The translations under genes and the position numbers were made by a program. This document shows, piece after piece, positions 6,912 to 15,286 of a DNA stretch of 20,000 nucleotides. The stretch is from the IMG/VR virus record IMGVR_UViG_3300028833_006000; one strand, 5' to 3'. The notes under the pieces were generated by a model. The model made no database searches and was not told the origin of the DNA. It saw nothing but the letters and a program-made list of their open reading frames with translations. Every line of letters starts with the position of its first letter. Positions within the stretch are counted from its first letter, which is position 1. The DNA is from an uncultured virus (IMG/VR IMGVR_UViG_3300028833_006000) (taxonomy: Duplodnaviria; Heunggongvirae; Uroviricota; Caudoviricetes).

Positions 6912-7859
6912 TTATGCTTCTAATCCGTTCTGTGGTTCGGTGCTACCTGCCTCAGCGATCACGGGTAATTCTCTATCTGAATAAAGCGCTTCCGTCGGAA
7001 AACCTTCGACATTCTTCAAAGATTCGATAAACTTCTTTTCGCTCGGCTTGAGAGGCACATCACATGCAATCTTGGCAAGTTTATCAACATATTCATTGCC
7101 TTCGATACCTGTGTGGCCTTTTGTGTGGACAAAATCTACAGCCAAGCCTGTCATGCGCACAGACTTGACAAAATCGAGATAGTCCTTCGTGTACGGTGTG
7201 CCGGGCTTATACACTCCGGAAGGAATGTCGCCGATATGTCTCAAGTCATACCCAATTGTAACAGAGTCATATTTACCCTGTCTATATCCCTCAAGAGCAT
7301 AATTCAAAGCGACTTTTGCGCCCAGGATCTCGCTCTCAATATTACGACCGCCATACTCGCATTTAATCTTTCCGGTAAAAATACGAGGATTCTTTTCATC
7401 GGCTACATATACACCATAGCCGGCTTCGTTCGTATTCTGATTATAACTTCCATCGGTAAAGATCCACACATGATTACCCGCATATTCTTTCAAAAGTGGG
7501 TTATCCGCAGACTCTTGCTCGGAAACTTCAGTCTTTGTCGGAACAACGCCTGTCTCGACATATTTTTCGGCTTCAGACTTATACTCAAAGCTCTTATACT
7601 GAGCACCAGGAAAACCGTTTACCTGCTCCTTGCATGTATCCCAGTCAAGATAGACTCCGGGTACACGGCCTTTATGTACGGCATAAAACTTGCCCTTTGC
7701 TTCGGTTGCGCCTAAATATTCCTGTGCTGATGCTTCATCGGGAAAACCCTTGTACTGGGCACCGGCGAAGCCATCGACCTGAGCTTTACAATCATCCCAC
7801 GATGTGTATAATCCCGGTGTGCGCCCTTTCAAGACCGCATAAAACTTATTCTTTGCCAT
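6912..7859 (-). CDS. rnhA: Ribonuclease HI with two N-terminal hybrid-binding (caulimovirus viroplasmin-like) domains
   Basis: Two copies of KFYAV.KGR.PG.Y..WD.CK.QV.GF.GAQYK.F. Catalytic residues in FTDGS, ESEILG, GYDL, KGHTG..GNEYVDKLAK. Start revised to ATG 7859 (SD AGGAGAG). Confidence 0.92.
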   Translation of the reverse strand: MAKNKFYAVLKGRTPGLYTSWDDCKAQVDGFAGAQYKGFPDEASAQEYLGATEAKGKFYAVHKGRVPGVYLDWDTCKEQVNGFPGAQYKSFEYKSEAEKYVETGVVPTKTEVSEQESADNPLLKEYAGNHVWIFTDGSYNQNTNEAGYGVYVADEKNPRIFTGKIKCEYGGRNIESEILGAKVALNYALEGYRQGKYDSVTIGYDLRHIGDIPSGVYKPGTPYTKDYLDFVKSVRMTGLAVDFVHTKGHTGIEGNEYVDKLAKIACDVPLKPSEKKFIESLKNVEGFPTEALYSDRELPVIAEAGSTEPQNGLEA

Positions 7860-7990
7860 AAAACTCTCCTCTATACAAAACAAAGGATCACCGGAGGCTA
7901 TGTCTCGGCAATCCCCTGTTTATCATATCGAATAAAAATTTCTATCAGTGATATTTTATTCAGCTGATCACCACACGGTATTGATCTGTA

Positions 7991-8767
7991 TTAAGACAAT
8001 TCTGTCTGTGCAGAGATGCCATCAGTTCCGTCCATCTGGATATCAGCTGTGAGTTCAGCTGCGGCTGCATAACGAGCATCACCTGTCATTGCATCAGGTG
8101 TTGCAGGTGCGGCATAACGAGGATCACCTGCCATTGCATTAGGTGCTGCCGGAGCCTCATAACGAGGATCACCAGCCATTGCATTAGATGTCTGCGCAGC
8201 CTGTCTGCCCTCGTAAACTTCCTCTCTCACAGAAGAAGGTGTATTTTCCGGCAAATCAGCTGTTGCTGCCATAACCTGTTCCTGATATGTAGGACCTTCA
8301 GCAGCTTCTGTTTCCTCGTGCTGAACATCACCCATCTCAGCAGCCATTGCCTTGATCTCAGCAAACTTCTGACCAAGACTTGTCTTGGCGAAAGCATCCT
8401 TGATGCTGGCTGTCACATCATGCACACTGTCTTCGATCTTATCGATACCGTGAGCTTCCTTCCAGTCAGCCACAGCTTCAAATTTATTTGCGATAGCCAA
8501 CTTCTTTGTATCTTCACCGAATGCATTGGTCTGAAGAGTCTGAACTTCCTCATTGTACTTCTCCTCAGTAATAGCACCGTTCTCCAGCGCATGGTCAAGA
8601 TCGTTCTTGCTGTCCACGTATTCATTGATAGCGCGAATAGGCGCCATTATATGATCATACGCTGCAGTAGCCTTGCTATATGCAGATGCGATCGTTGTGG
8701 TAACGCCACCAGCCTTTGGTGCTTCTGCTTCTGTAGTTTCAGTTGTCTGATTAGTATTGTCAGCCAT
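7991..8767 (-). CDS. Hypothetical acidic Ala/Glu/Thr-rich helical protein with C-terminal 15-aa repeats
   Basis: SD AGGAGG, its own promoter, 258 aa. Confidence 0.85.
   Translation of the reverse strand: MADNTNQTTETTEAEAPKAGGVTTTIASAYSKATAAYDHIMAPIRAINEYVDSKNDLDHALENGAITEEKYNEEVQTLQTNAFGEDTKKLAIANKFEAVADWKEAHGIDKIEDSVHDVTASIKDAFAKTSLGQKFAEIKAMAAEMGDVQHEETEAAEGPTYQEQVMAATADLPENTPSSVREEVYEGRQAAQTSNAMAGDPRYEAPAAPNAMAGDPRYAAPATPDAMTGDARYAAAAELTADIQMDGTDGISAQTELS
8061..8187 (-). repeat. Three tandem 45-bp (15-aa) coding repeats
   Basis: CATAACGAG recurs at 8068, 8113 and 8158; peptide NAMAGDPRYEAPAAP / NAMAGDPRYAAPATP / DAMTGDARYAAAA. Confidence 0.9.
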
Positions 8768-8847
8768 TGTATATTACCTCCTATGGATTATCTACTCATC
8801 TTAAAAAATCATAACACAAATATGTGTGGTCATTTTTGACTGTCTAT

Positions 8848-8876
8848 ATAATATATAATATGGCGTGGCTTGTCAA
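8848..8876 (-). promoter_or_regulatory. SigA-like promoter
   Basis: TTGACA (8876-8871), 17 nt, TATTAT (8853-8848). Confidence 0.7.
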
Positions 8877-8916
8877 GAGATTTTCCAAAAAAAGTTGAAA
8901 AAAATTCAAATCATTA

Positions 8917-8968
8917 TAAAAAATAACACCGCTCATATCTCATTTCATCGAGAAAAGTGGTGTTATTT
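8917..8968 (-). terminator. Rho-independent terminator after the 8972..9667 gene
   Basis: AATAACACCGCT ... AGTGGTGTTATT outer stem with inner TCTC/GAGA; the A run on the left gives a - strand U tract. Confidence 0.6.
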
Positions 8969-8971
8969 GTT

Positions 8972-9667
8972 TTAAGATTCGATCTGTTTTTGTATGTTCT
9001 CTGACCTCAAATCATATATCTTTTGCCTAAAATCCTGCGGCAATACCACACTCACCAGAACCTGTTCCCGGTTAGATATACGTTTATATCGAAGCTCAAA
9101 ATCTGATCCAAATTCCAATCGGTCATCAGTTGGTTTGATATACTCTATCCGTAAGCCATTGATGGCAACTTCAATCGCATCACGCTTCTCATCATAATGT
9201 GTTTCAAATGTTCGCGTGGTCAATGTTTCCGCATTTGCGACCAAAGCCTTATGCTTCCTCGCTTTATATGCTTCCATCGCCCACAATATCAACATGAATA
9301 CGCCATATAATACATAAAATACCACAAGAAATAATATGACTATGACCAGCGCTATAACTGGTATGGCCGGTTCTACAGCTGACATGATCTTTGTCATCGC
9401 AGGCGGCAGATTTGGTGAAGAATATATCAATCCTATGCCTGATAGCATGCACAGGCTTCCCAGAATCAATTTAACCAGTGGAATACATCGTGATACATAT
9501 CCATATGATAAAAATGCTCGCAATATTCGAAATACTGCAAGCATAATCAGGATTGCTCCTATAGATATCAACAATGCACCGCCGAATACAGTTGGCTGTT
9601 GAAACAATGAATATGCATCTCCATGCAATAACTCATCCGAAGGAACAATAGTCTGTGTCAATAACAT
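8972..9667 (-). CDS. Membrane protein (about three TM helices plus a soluble C-terminal domain)
   Basis: Three long hydrophobic segments; 231 aa; start uncertain because the SD is weak. Confidence 0.75.
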   Translation of the reverse strand: MLLTQTIVPSDELLHGDAYSLFQQPTVFGGALLISIGAILIMLAVFRILRAFLSYGYVSRCIPLVKLILGSLCMLSGIGLIYSSPNLPPAMTKIMSAVEPAIPVIALVIVILFLVVFYVLYGVFMLILWAMEAYKARKHKALVANAETLTTRTFETHYDEKRDAIEVAINGLRIEYIKPTDDRLEFGSDFELRYKRISNREQVLVSVVLPQDFRQKIYDLRSENIQKQIES

Positions 9668-9678
9668 ATCAGGGTATA

Positions 9679-9927
9679 TTACACAGACTCCATCTTCGCC
9701 TTCAACTTGCCAAGCATCTGGTCTTTCTTTGCAGGATCGCCAACGGTCTCATCGACAACAGTTGCTGCTTCTGCATAAGCTACCACATTCGACATGAGCT
9801 TGCTCATCGCAGGATTCTTCTGAGCTGCTGCTTCATCAGCCATCCTCTCGAAAGCCTGTCCCAAAGGCGTAGATCTGTCAATCTGCATATTCTCCTTATC
9901 AATAACGATATTATCTGTTCCTGGCAT
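9679..9927 (-). CDS. Small hypothetical helical protein (82 aa)
   Basis: Start revised to ATG 9927 (SD GAAAGGAG at 9942-9935). Confidence 0.75.
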   Translation of the reverse strand: MPGTDNIVIDKENMQIDRSTPLGQAFERMADEAAAQKNPAMSKLMSNVVAYAEAATVVDETVGDPAKKDQMLGKLKAKMESV

Positions 9928-9967
9928 ATTAGTCGCTCCTTTCAGAATAAATTGTTCCAACACTCAA

Positions 9968-9996
9968 AATATAGCAAAAATCTCCTCATTTGTCAA
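9968..9996 (-). promoter_or_regulatory. SigA-like promoter with extended -10
   Basis: TTGACA (9996-9991), 17 nt ending TGC, TATATT (9973-9968). Confidence 0.7.
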
Positions 9997-10019
9997 CAGA
10001 TTTGGCATAGATCCAAGCT

Positions 10020-10283
10020 TTACAAATCAGAAATTTCCACAACAGGCTCTGACCTGCTGACATCTGCCATCTGCTCCAAATGTGCTTTCGTCTGAACCAA
10101 AGCCAAAATCGTACGCACAACGTCATCATCCTGAGGCTGATATGATTTCAAATATGATATGGCATCTGACACAGCTTTGATATCACGCTCAAATGCCATT
10201 GCACCAGATAATTCCCTCGGTGCTGCATCATGTATGATCAATGGCTCATCTAAATTTATCACAGGTTCTGTCATCGAACTCAC
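10020..10283 (-). CDS. Hypothetical protein, translationally coupled to the upstream protease gene
   Basis: GTGA start/stop overlap at 10283-10280; 87 aa. Confidence 0.7.
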   Translation of the reverse strand: MSSMTEPVINLDEPLIIHDAAPRELSGAMAFERDIKAVSDAISYLKSYQPQDDDVVRTILALVQTKAHLEQMADVSRSEPVVEISDL

Positions 10284-11104
10284 CCCTTCAAAAATGAAAA
10301 TGTTATTTCCGAATATTCAGGTTTCTCGCTAAGCAATTTGATCACGTTCTCAGCATGTTCTGCCTGAAGCTTCATCCGCCATGTCTTGCTATCCTTATGG
10401 AAAAAGAAGCCGTCAGCTTTCAACAAATCTTTCTGGTCATATGTCCGACCCGTGGCCTGGATATATGTAATAGCCGAAACATGCATCTCAGATGCCGACT
10501 GTTTATAATATTCCCGGCAGCCGATGGACGCCAGAAATGAAACTTCCGCCGATTCATCATCTATCTGCTTCTCCCAAACCTGCTCAATGGAATTCCACCT
10601 ATAACCAGCAGCTTTCAGATGCTCACGCTGTTCATAACAATTCTTAACGCAGATAATCTCATCTGACGGCAATGTATAATCAATCGCGTGTGGTACATAT
10701 GCGTCCATGATCCTGCGGACTTTATTCTGGTCCGATGACCATGTGTCATGGTAAAAATCATCGACCGTAAGAATACCCATATCGATAGCCGCATATGCCA
10801 AACGAGCATATGCCTCATAGAAAGGAGCCTGATGTCCTGTATTTCCGTGAAGCATCTGATCAATATGGTGTGAAAGCTCATGGATGCAGCATTTTGCCAT
10901 ATGCCTCTGCCCCAGACGAGCATTGTACACCTGTATATGTTTTGTCTGGGAATTATACATTCCGGAGCTGGACTTGACTTCCTTTGGCATTATCTCAATC
11001 GTATAGGTATGCAACGGAAGTCTCATCGGTCCTTCAACATCAGCATATGCAACATCAATGATATCATCCATGATACGCTTAATCCGCTTATCCAACGTGT
11101 TCAT
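10280..11104 (-). CDS. SprT/zincin-like HExxH metalloprotease with two small C-terminal LK..G[YF]...W repeats
   Basis: CCIHELSHH..GHQAPF motif; repeats YEQREHLKAAGYRWNSIEQVWEK and YDQKDLLKADGFFFHKDSKTWRM; SD AGGAGG. Confidence 0.75.
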   Translation of the reverse strand: MNTLDKRIKRIMDDIIDVAYADVEGPMRLPLHTYTIEIMPKEVKSSSGMYNSQTKHIQVYNARLGQRHMAKCCIHELSHHIDQMLHGNTGHQAPFYEAYARLAYAAIDMGILTVDDFYHDTWSSDQNKVRRIMDAYVPHAIDYTLPSDEIICVKNCYEQREHLKAAGYRWNSIEQVWEKQIDDESAEVSFLASIGCREYYKQSASEMHVSAITYIQATGRTYDQKDLLKADGFFFHKDSKTWRMKLQAEHAENVIKLLSEKPEYSEITFSFLKG

Positions 11105-11161
11105 ACAAAAAACAACACCTCCTGCTCATTCATAACGGAGGGCAATCAAACATCCCGAACC

Positions 11162-11344
11162 TTATGGTTCAAGAAAAAGATCAGGATCAACCATTTCATC
11201 AATGTTGTCCCAGTCATCATATTCATCTTCCTGCTCTGCTGCTTTCAGGTCGCCGGCATGGCCATCACTCAAAAACTTATAAAACAGATATGCGACCATT
11301 CCAATAAAAGAAATAACCAAACAACATTTGAAAAAATTCTTCAT
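11162..11344 (-). CDS. Small single-TM protein with acidic tail
   Basis: SD GGAGGA 7 nt before ATG 11344; MKNFFKCCLVISFIGMVAYLFYKF followed by a D/E-rich tail. Confidence 0.7.
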   Translation of the reverse strand: MKNFFKCCLVISFIGMVAYLFYKFLSDGHAGDLKAAEQEDEYDDWDNIDEMVDPDLFLEP

Positions 11345-11395
11345 GAAATCATCCTCCATCGATATGCTGACATGATATGGTATCGTACACTCTTT

Positions 11396-11424
11396 AATAT
11401 ATCATAAAACATCTCATAAATCAA
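11396..11424 (-). promoter_or_regulatory. SigA-like promoter with extended -10
   Basis: TTGATT (11424-11419), 17 nt ending TGA, TATATT (11401-11396). Confidence 0.55.
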
Positions 11425-11435
11425 CATATTTCAAC

Positions 11436-11477
11436 AAAAAGCGGAGAGGCCCGTCACGCTGATAACGAAGCCTCTCC
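11436..11477 (-). terminator. Rho-independent terminator
   Basis: GGAGAGGC (11443-11450)/GCCTCTCC (11470-11477) stem followed on the - strand by GCTTTTT. Confidence 0.75.
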
Positions 11478-11503
11478 AGAAAGGAACACATATTGGAACC
11501 CGT
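11436..11503 (-). ncRNA. Candidate ~68-nt sRNA with an anti-Shine-Dalgarno segment
   Basis: Lies between a near-consensus promoter and a terminator; contains AUAUGUGUUCCUUUCU immediately 5' of the terminator stem. Confidence 0.6.
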
Positions 11504-11509
11504 GAAAGA

Positions 11510-11538
11510 ATTATACCACAATATCCTGTGTTTCTCAA
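11510..11538 (-). promoter_or_regulatory. Near-consensus SigA promoter driving the candidate sRNA
   Basis: TTGAGA (11538-11533), 17 nt ending TGTGG, TATAAT (11515-11510). Confidence 0.75.
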
Positions 11539-11545
11539 ATAGTTT

Positions 11546-14203
11546 TTAAGGTTTTGTATAAGAATATTTTCCCCATTCACTCTTCGTGCCGTCAGACATT
11601 ACAGACTGAACACGGAAATAATATGTCCTGCCGGATTTCATACCACTAATGATAACCGAAGTACCGGAAATTGACATCGATGCCATCTTGGAAGAATATG
11701 ATGCGTTGCTATAAATCTCGACATTGTATGACGATGCCGATACAACAGCGTCCCACATCAAACGCATCTTACCATCATTCGCACTCTTCACAACAATATT
11801 CTGTGGAACCTTAGATGTCACAACAGGCTGTGTCGAACCACCTGATCCTGAGGATCCATATTTATACGAGCATGTAGTCCAAGGACTCTGAAGGCCTGTT
11901 GCACTAATGGCTCTCACACGAACATAATATGTTGTGCCGGACTTGATACCATTGATACGAAGAACAGTGCCTGTTACAGATGTCTTTGCGATCGTTGACG
12001 CGAAGTTTGAATCCTTACTGATCTCAATTGCATATGATGATGCATTAGGTACGCTTGACCATGTAGCCCTTGCAATCGTACTGTCAACGCTCTCTACAGA
12101 CACCTTCGCCGGAGCGGATATAGTTGTTGTGCTTGCGCTGTCAGGCAGATTCTCTGAAGAAGAATCTGACACAAACTGGATGCGCAGATAAGTCCAATCA
12201 CTTAAAGCACCATCGGCACCGACTGACTGCAAGCAGACATAATAAGTTCTGTTCGCTTTAATGCCGGTAAGGTTAAATACCGTACCGCTTGTGTTCAAAT
12301 TGCCTGCAACAGTACCGTTCTCAGAATCGATACGCACATAGACATTGGTAGATTTAGCTGCAGAGCCTGCTGTCCATGTAATGCGTGCTGATGAGTCTGA
12401 AGACTTCGTATATGCTGCATTTGTAGGAGCACCAAGCGTTACGGTCTGATCACCATTATCCTCTTCCGTATTTGTCGGATTTATTACAAGCGATGTCCAA
12501 TCCGAATACGTAGTCTTACCGCTCACATATCGATATGCGCGCACATATGCATACAATGTCATATCACGGCTATATCCTGTGATATGGACCTTTGTTGTGT
12601 TGGCATTCATTGCCACAAGCTGATCAGTCTTATTTGCATCCCTATACAGATAAATTGCATATCCGGACGCATTAGACACCGTATTCCATGCCAGATCAAT
12701 AGTGGAATCGGTCACATCAGTTATCTTAAAGCCTGTGGGCGCATCCAATGCAGTTTCACTGGTATCATTACGAATCGTGAAATTGCCATTCACATAAGTA
12801 ACCTGGGCCCACTCTGAATAATAGGTTGTGCCATTGTCTGTACCAACTGTACGAATCTTAATCTTCAGATTTCGCCCGTTCACATTCGTGATCTTGATAT
12901 GATTCAAAACAACAGACATGGAACCGATCAGATTACCGGTATTATAGTTATATGCCTGGATCTCATAATTAGCTGCACCGGGAACATCTGACCAAACAAG
13001 TTTTACACTATCTTCTACTGCATCATACATTCCGTACAGATTATATGGTGCATCAAGGGCGATGGCACCTGCCGGATGTGTACCTGTTGAGTCATAATAT
13101 GTAGGCACATAGTCCGTTGTTGACACGGTAGGAACCCAAGAAGATGACCATGTGGACGCAACTACATGTTCTCTGGATGAAGTATCAAATCTCTTCAAAT
13201 TCGCATTGGATACATTGAAGAAATAATAGTCACCAAGGGAATCATCCCATGTTGCATCTACAGCATAATATTTATTGTCATCAAGCCTTACGACATTCCA
13301 TGCATGGCTATCAGATAACACCGTCATTGTGTCAATACCCATAGCATTGCACATCATCGTCATAACTTCGGAATATCCCGCACATACTGTCTTGTGCTGG
13401 ATCAAAGTGGAATATATGGACTGATCATATGCCCCAGTCACATACTCCGTGTAATCACGCAGCATATTATGTGCGGCACGTTCCATCATATACGTGGTGG
13501 CGCCGGCAGAAGAACATGTTGCGATCCAACTATCTAATTCAGCAAAAAGGGCGTCAGTGGTAGCTGCTCTGGCTGAACCAGAAGCAAAAGCATCATAAAT
13601 GGTAAACCAGATATTCGTAGATGTTGTTAAGAATACCGATGATGCGAAATAATACTGTGGATTGTTATACAGGAACAACTGTGCCACAGCAAAAGCCTGC
13701 TGTTTCGTCAAACCGTACTCTGAGAAATTGATACTGCTTGTCACATAATAAGAGTAGCTTGTTGTGGAATACTTCGTGGCATCCACGTTTGAGCTATTCA
13801 GATATACAGATAAAACACTATCATAAGCGTCATACAACGCTCTTTCGTTTGCTGATAATCTTGATCTTAATGTCGGGGACACATAAGCGGAATAATCATG
13901 CGATCCATAAAAATCACCGCTAATGGCTCCTGCATATGATTCGTTGATAATTGCCTGGTCATCAATACCCTGGCCTGCTGCCACGGAGATACTGACAATT
14001 TCAGGCTCCAACGCTCCTTCCTCCAATGTTGCATCACTTACAATACCTGATGCTTCCTCAAATGAAAATTCACCTGAGATACCTGCGTCGTCATCGCCTG
14101 CCGCGTATACGGGCATTGACCCGAAAGACATCGAACAGGCCATGAGCGCTGCCAAAGCGCCGCTGGACAATCTCGCCCAAAATTTGTGCAGTTTCATAGA
14201 CAT
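11546..14203 (-). CDS. Secreted transglutaminase-like (Cys-His-Asp) protein with about five fibronectin type III domains
   Basis: Signal peptide ending ..PVYA; VCAGYS / SHAWNVV / AVDATWDD triad; repeated AP..W..V..A..Y.I..Y..RVRA..S.W Fn3 units. Confidence 0.88.
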   Translation of the reverse strand: MSMKLHKFWARLSSGALAALMACSMSFGSMPVYAAGDDDAGISGEFSFEEASGIVSDATLEEGALEPEIVSISVAAGQGIDDQAIINESYAGAISGDFYGSHDYSAYVSPTLRSRLSANERALYDAYDSVLSVYLNSSNVDATKYSTTSYSYYVTSSINFSEYGLTKQQAFAVAQLFLYNNPQYYFASSVFLTTSTNIWFTIYDAFASGSARAATTDALFAELDSWIATCSSAGATTYMMERAAHNMLRDYTEYVTGAYDQSIYSTLIQHKTVCAGYSEVMTMMCNAMGIDTMTVLSDSHAWNVVRLDDNKYYAVDATWDDSLGDYYFFNVSNANLKRFDTSSREHVVASTWSSSWVPTVSTTDYVPTYYDSTGTHPAGAIALDAPYNLYGMYDAVEDSVKLVWSDVPGAANYEIQAYNYNTGNLIGSMSVVLNHIKITNVNGRNLKIKIRTVGTDNGTTYYSEWAQVTYVNGNFTIRNDTSETALDAPTGFKITDVTDSTIDLAWNTVSNASGYAIYLYRDANKTDQLVAMNANTTKVHITGYSRDMTLYAYVRAYRYVSGKTTYSDWTSLVINPTNTEEDNGDQTVTLGAPTNAAYTKSSDSSARITWTAGSAAKSTNVYVRIDSENGTVAGNLNTSGTVFNLTGIKANRTYYVCLQSVGADGALSDWTYLRIQFVSDSSSENLPDSASTTTISAPAKVSVESVDSTIARATWSSVPNASSYAIEISKDSNFASTIAKTSVTGTVLRINGIKSGTTYYVRVRAISATGLQSPWTTCSYKYGSSGSGGSTQPVVTSKVPQNIVVKSANDGKMRLMWDAVVSASSYNVEIYSNASYSSKMASMSISGTSVIISGMKSGRTYYFRVQSVMSDGTKSEWGKYSYTKP

Positions 14204-14269
14204 GACCCCTTTCTGCTAAAATATTTTGTTAAAATTGCGTAAAAAACACCACTGTCGCAGTTTATATAT

Positions 14270-14299
14270 AATATATAAGCAAAAAATGAAACTTGTCAA
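14270..14299 (-). promoter_or_regulatory. SigA-like promoter for the Fn3 gene
   Basis: TTGACA (14299-14294), 18 nt, TATATT (14275-14270). Confidence 0.6.
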
Positions 14300-14314
14300 G
14301 ATGGTAAAACGCCG

Positions 14315-14340
14315 AAAATCGCCGGGAAACCCCGACGATT
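14315..14340 (-). terminator. Terminator-like hairpin downstream of the 14426..15241 gene
   Basis: On the - strand, AATCGTCGGG-GTTT-CCCGGCGATT (10 bp, one GU) followed by a short T run. Confidence 0.5.
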
Positions 14341-14425
14341 CACGGAATTCTATCTCATTTATGAGATGAAACATTGTGTGCAATTTTTTCAAACAAAATT
14401 CGATCAAAAAAAGCAATTTTTGCTA

Positions 14426-15241
14426 TTAGAAAGGCAAATCGGTATGATCTGCCGATCTGGCATCATCTGTCGGAACATCAGGAAGCGGACGATCAGACTG
14501 TACTTTTTCTCTGATTTCGTTCTCACATTCAGTGCATCTCTGATATGTAGCCTCTTCAAACACCTTCCACGCATCAGCTGCAACCTCATTCACATAAACA
14601 CTCACGAAAGAATGGCCGCCTGAAAGACAACCTCTAATGGCATATGGATCAAAATTCGCATAATAGTCTTTCCTGTCAATCTCATCAGTGATGATAAATC
14701 TGTCGTCGTCATCCCACCTTACGTTCGCATTCTTGTCCTGTAATTTCTTGGTCAAATCCTTCAGCACAGCGTTCGGATCCTGAAATCTGACAGCATCAGA
14801 CTCAGTTTCAGCAATTGCAGTCATCGCCTGATCAGGCGTACACTGATAATTCGTTCCCAAAACAGGATACATATTATCACCTTGTTTTACATAAAGCACA
14901 GAATGTCCAAATTTGTTCGGCTCAATAATATGCTCGTGCAAAGACTTTGTCCAATCAGCATAATGAAATGCGCCGTCCTTGGTCTGATGTGTTGCATCAT
15001 AAGTACCGGCCGCAGTTGCGCCTGGCTTAAAACGCCTGAGAGCTTCTTCTTCCGTTATCAAACCTGAGAAACACTCGCCAAAACTATTACGCTTGCCGAA
15101 CTGATACAATTGCTTGGCTACTTCCACATCGCTACACTCTACGCGCGCATGCGGGAAATCGCCATAGATTCCATCGTCTTTGAGCAAGATCCAAGTCTGT
15201 GAACCAGATTGTGATACTCTTTTGCCATCAAGTTTTCCCAT
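14426..15241 (-). CDS. Hypothetical protein ending in an SSB-like DLPF tip
   Basis: SD GAGGTGA; 271 aa; ends SDRPLPDVPTDDARSADHTDLPF. Confidence 0.85.
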   Translation of the reverse strand: MGKLDGKRVSQSGSQTWILLKDDGIYGDFPHARVECSDVEVAKQLYQFGKRNSFGECFSGLITEEEALRRFKPGATAAGTYDATHQTKDGAFHYADWTKSLHEHIIEPNKFGHSVLYVKQGDNMYPVLGTNYQCTPDQAMTAIAETESDAVRFQDPNAVLKDLTKKLQDKNANVRWDDDDRFIITDEIDRKDYYANFDPYAIRGCLSGGHSFVSVYVNEVAADAWKVFEEATYQRCTECENEIREKVQSDRPLPDVPTDDARSADHTDLPF

Positions 15242-15286
15242 AAAATCACCTCATCTTTTTATTTTAACCCACGGGTTGTATATGCA

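Noticed and set aside
8061..8187. CRISPR-like or other non-coding repeat array
   Set aside because: Repeats are contiguous, in frame (45 bp), lack unique spacers and lie inside a CDS.
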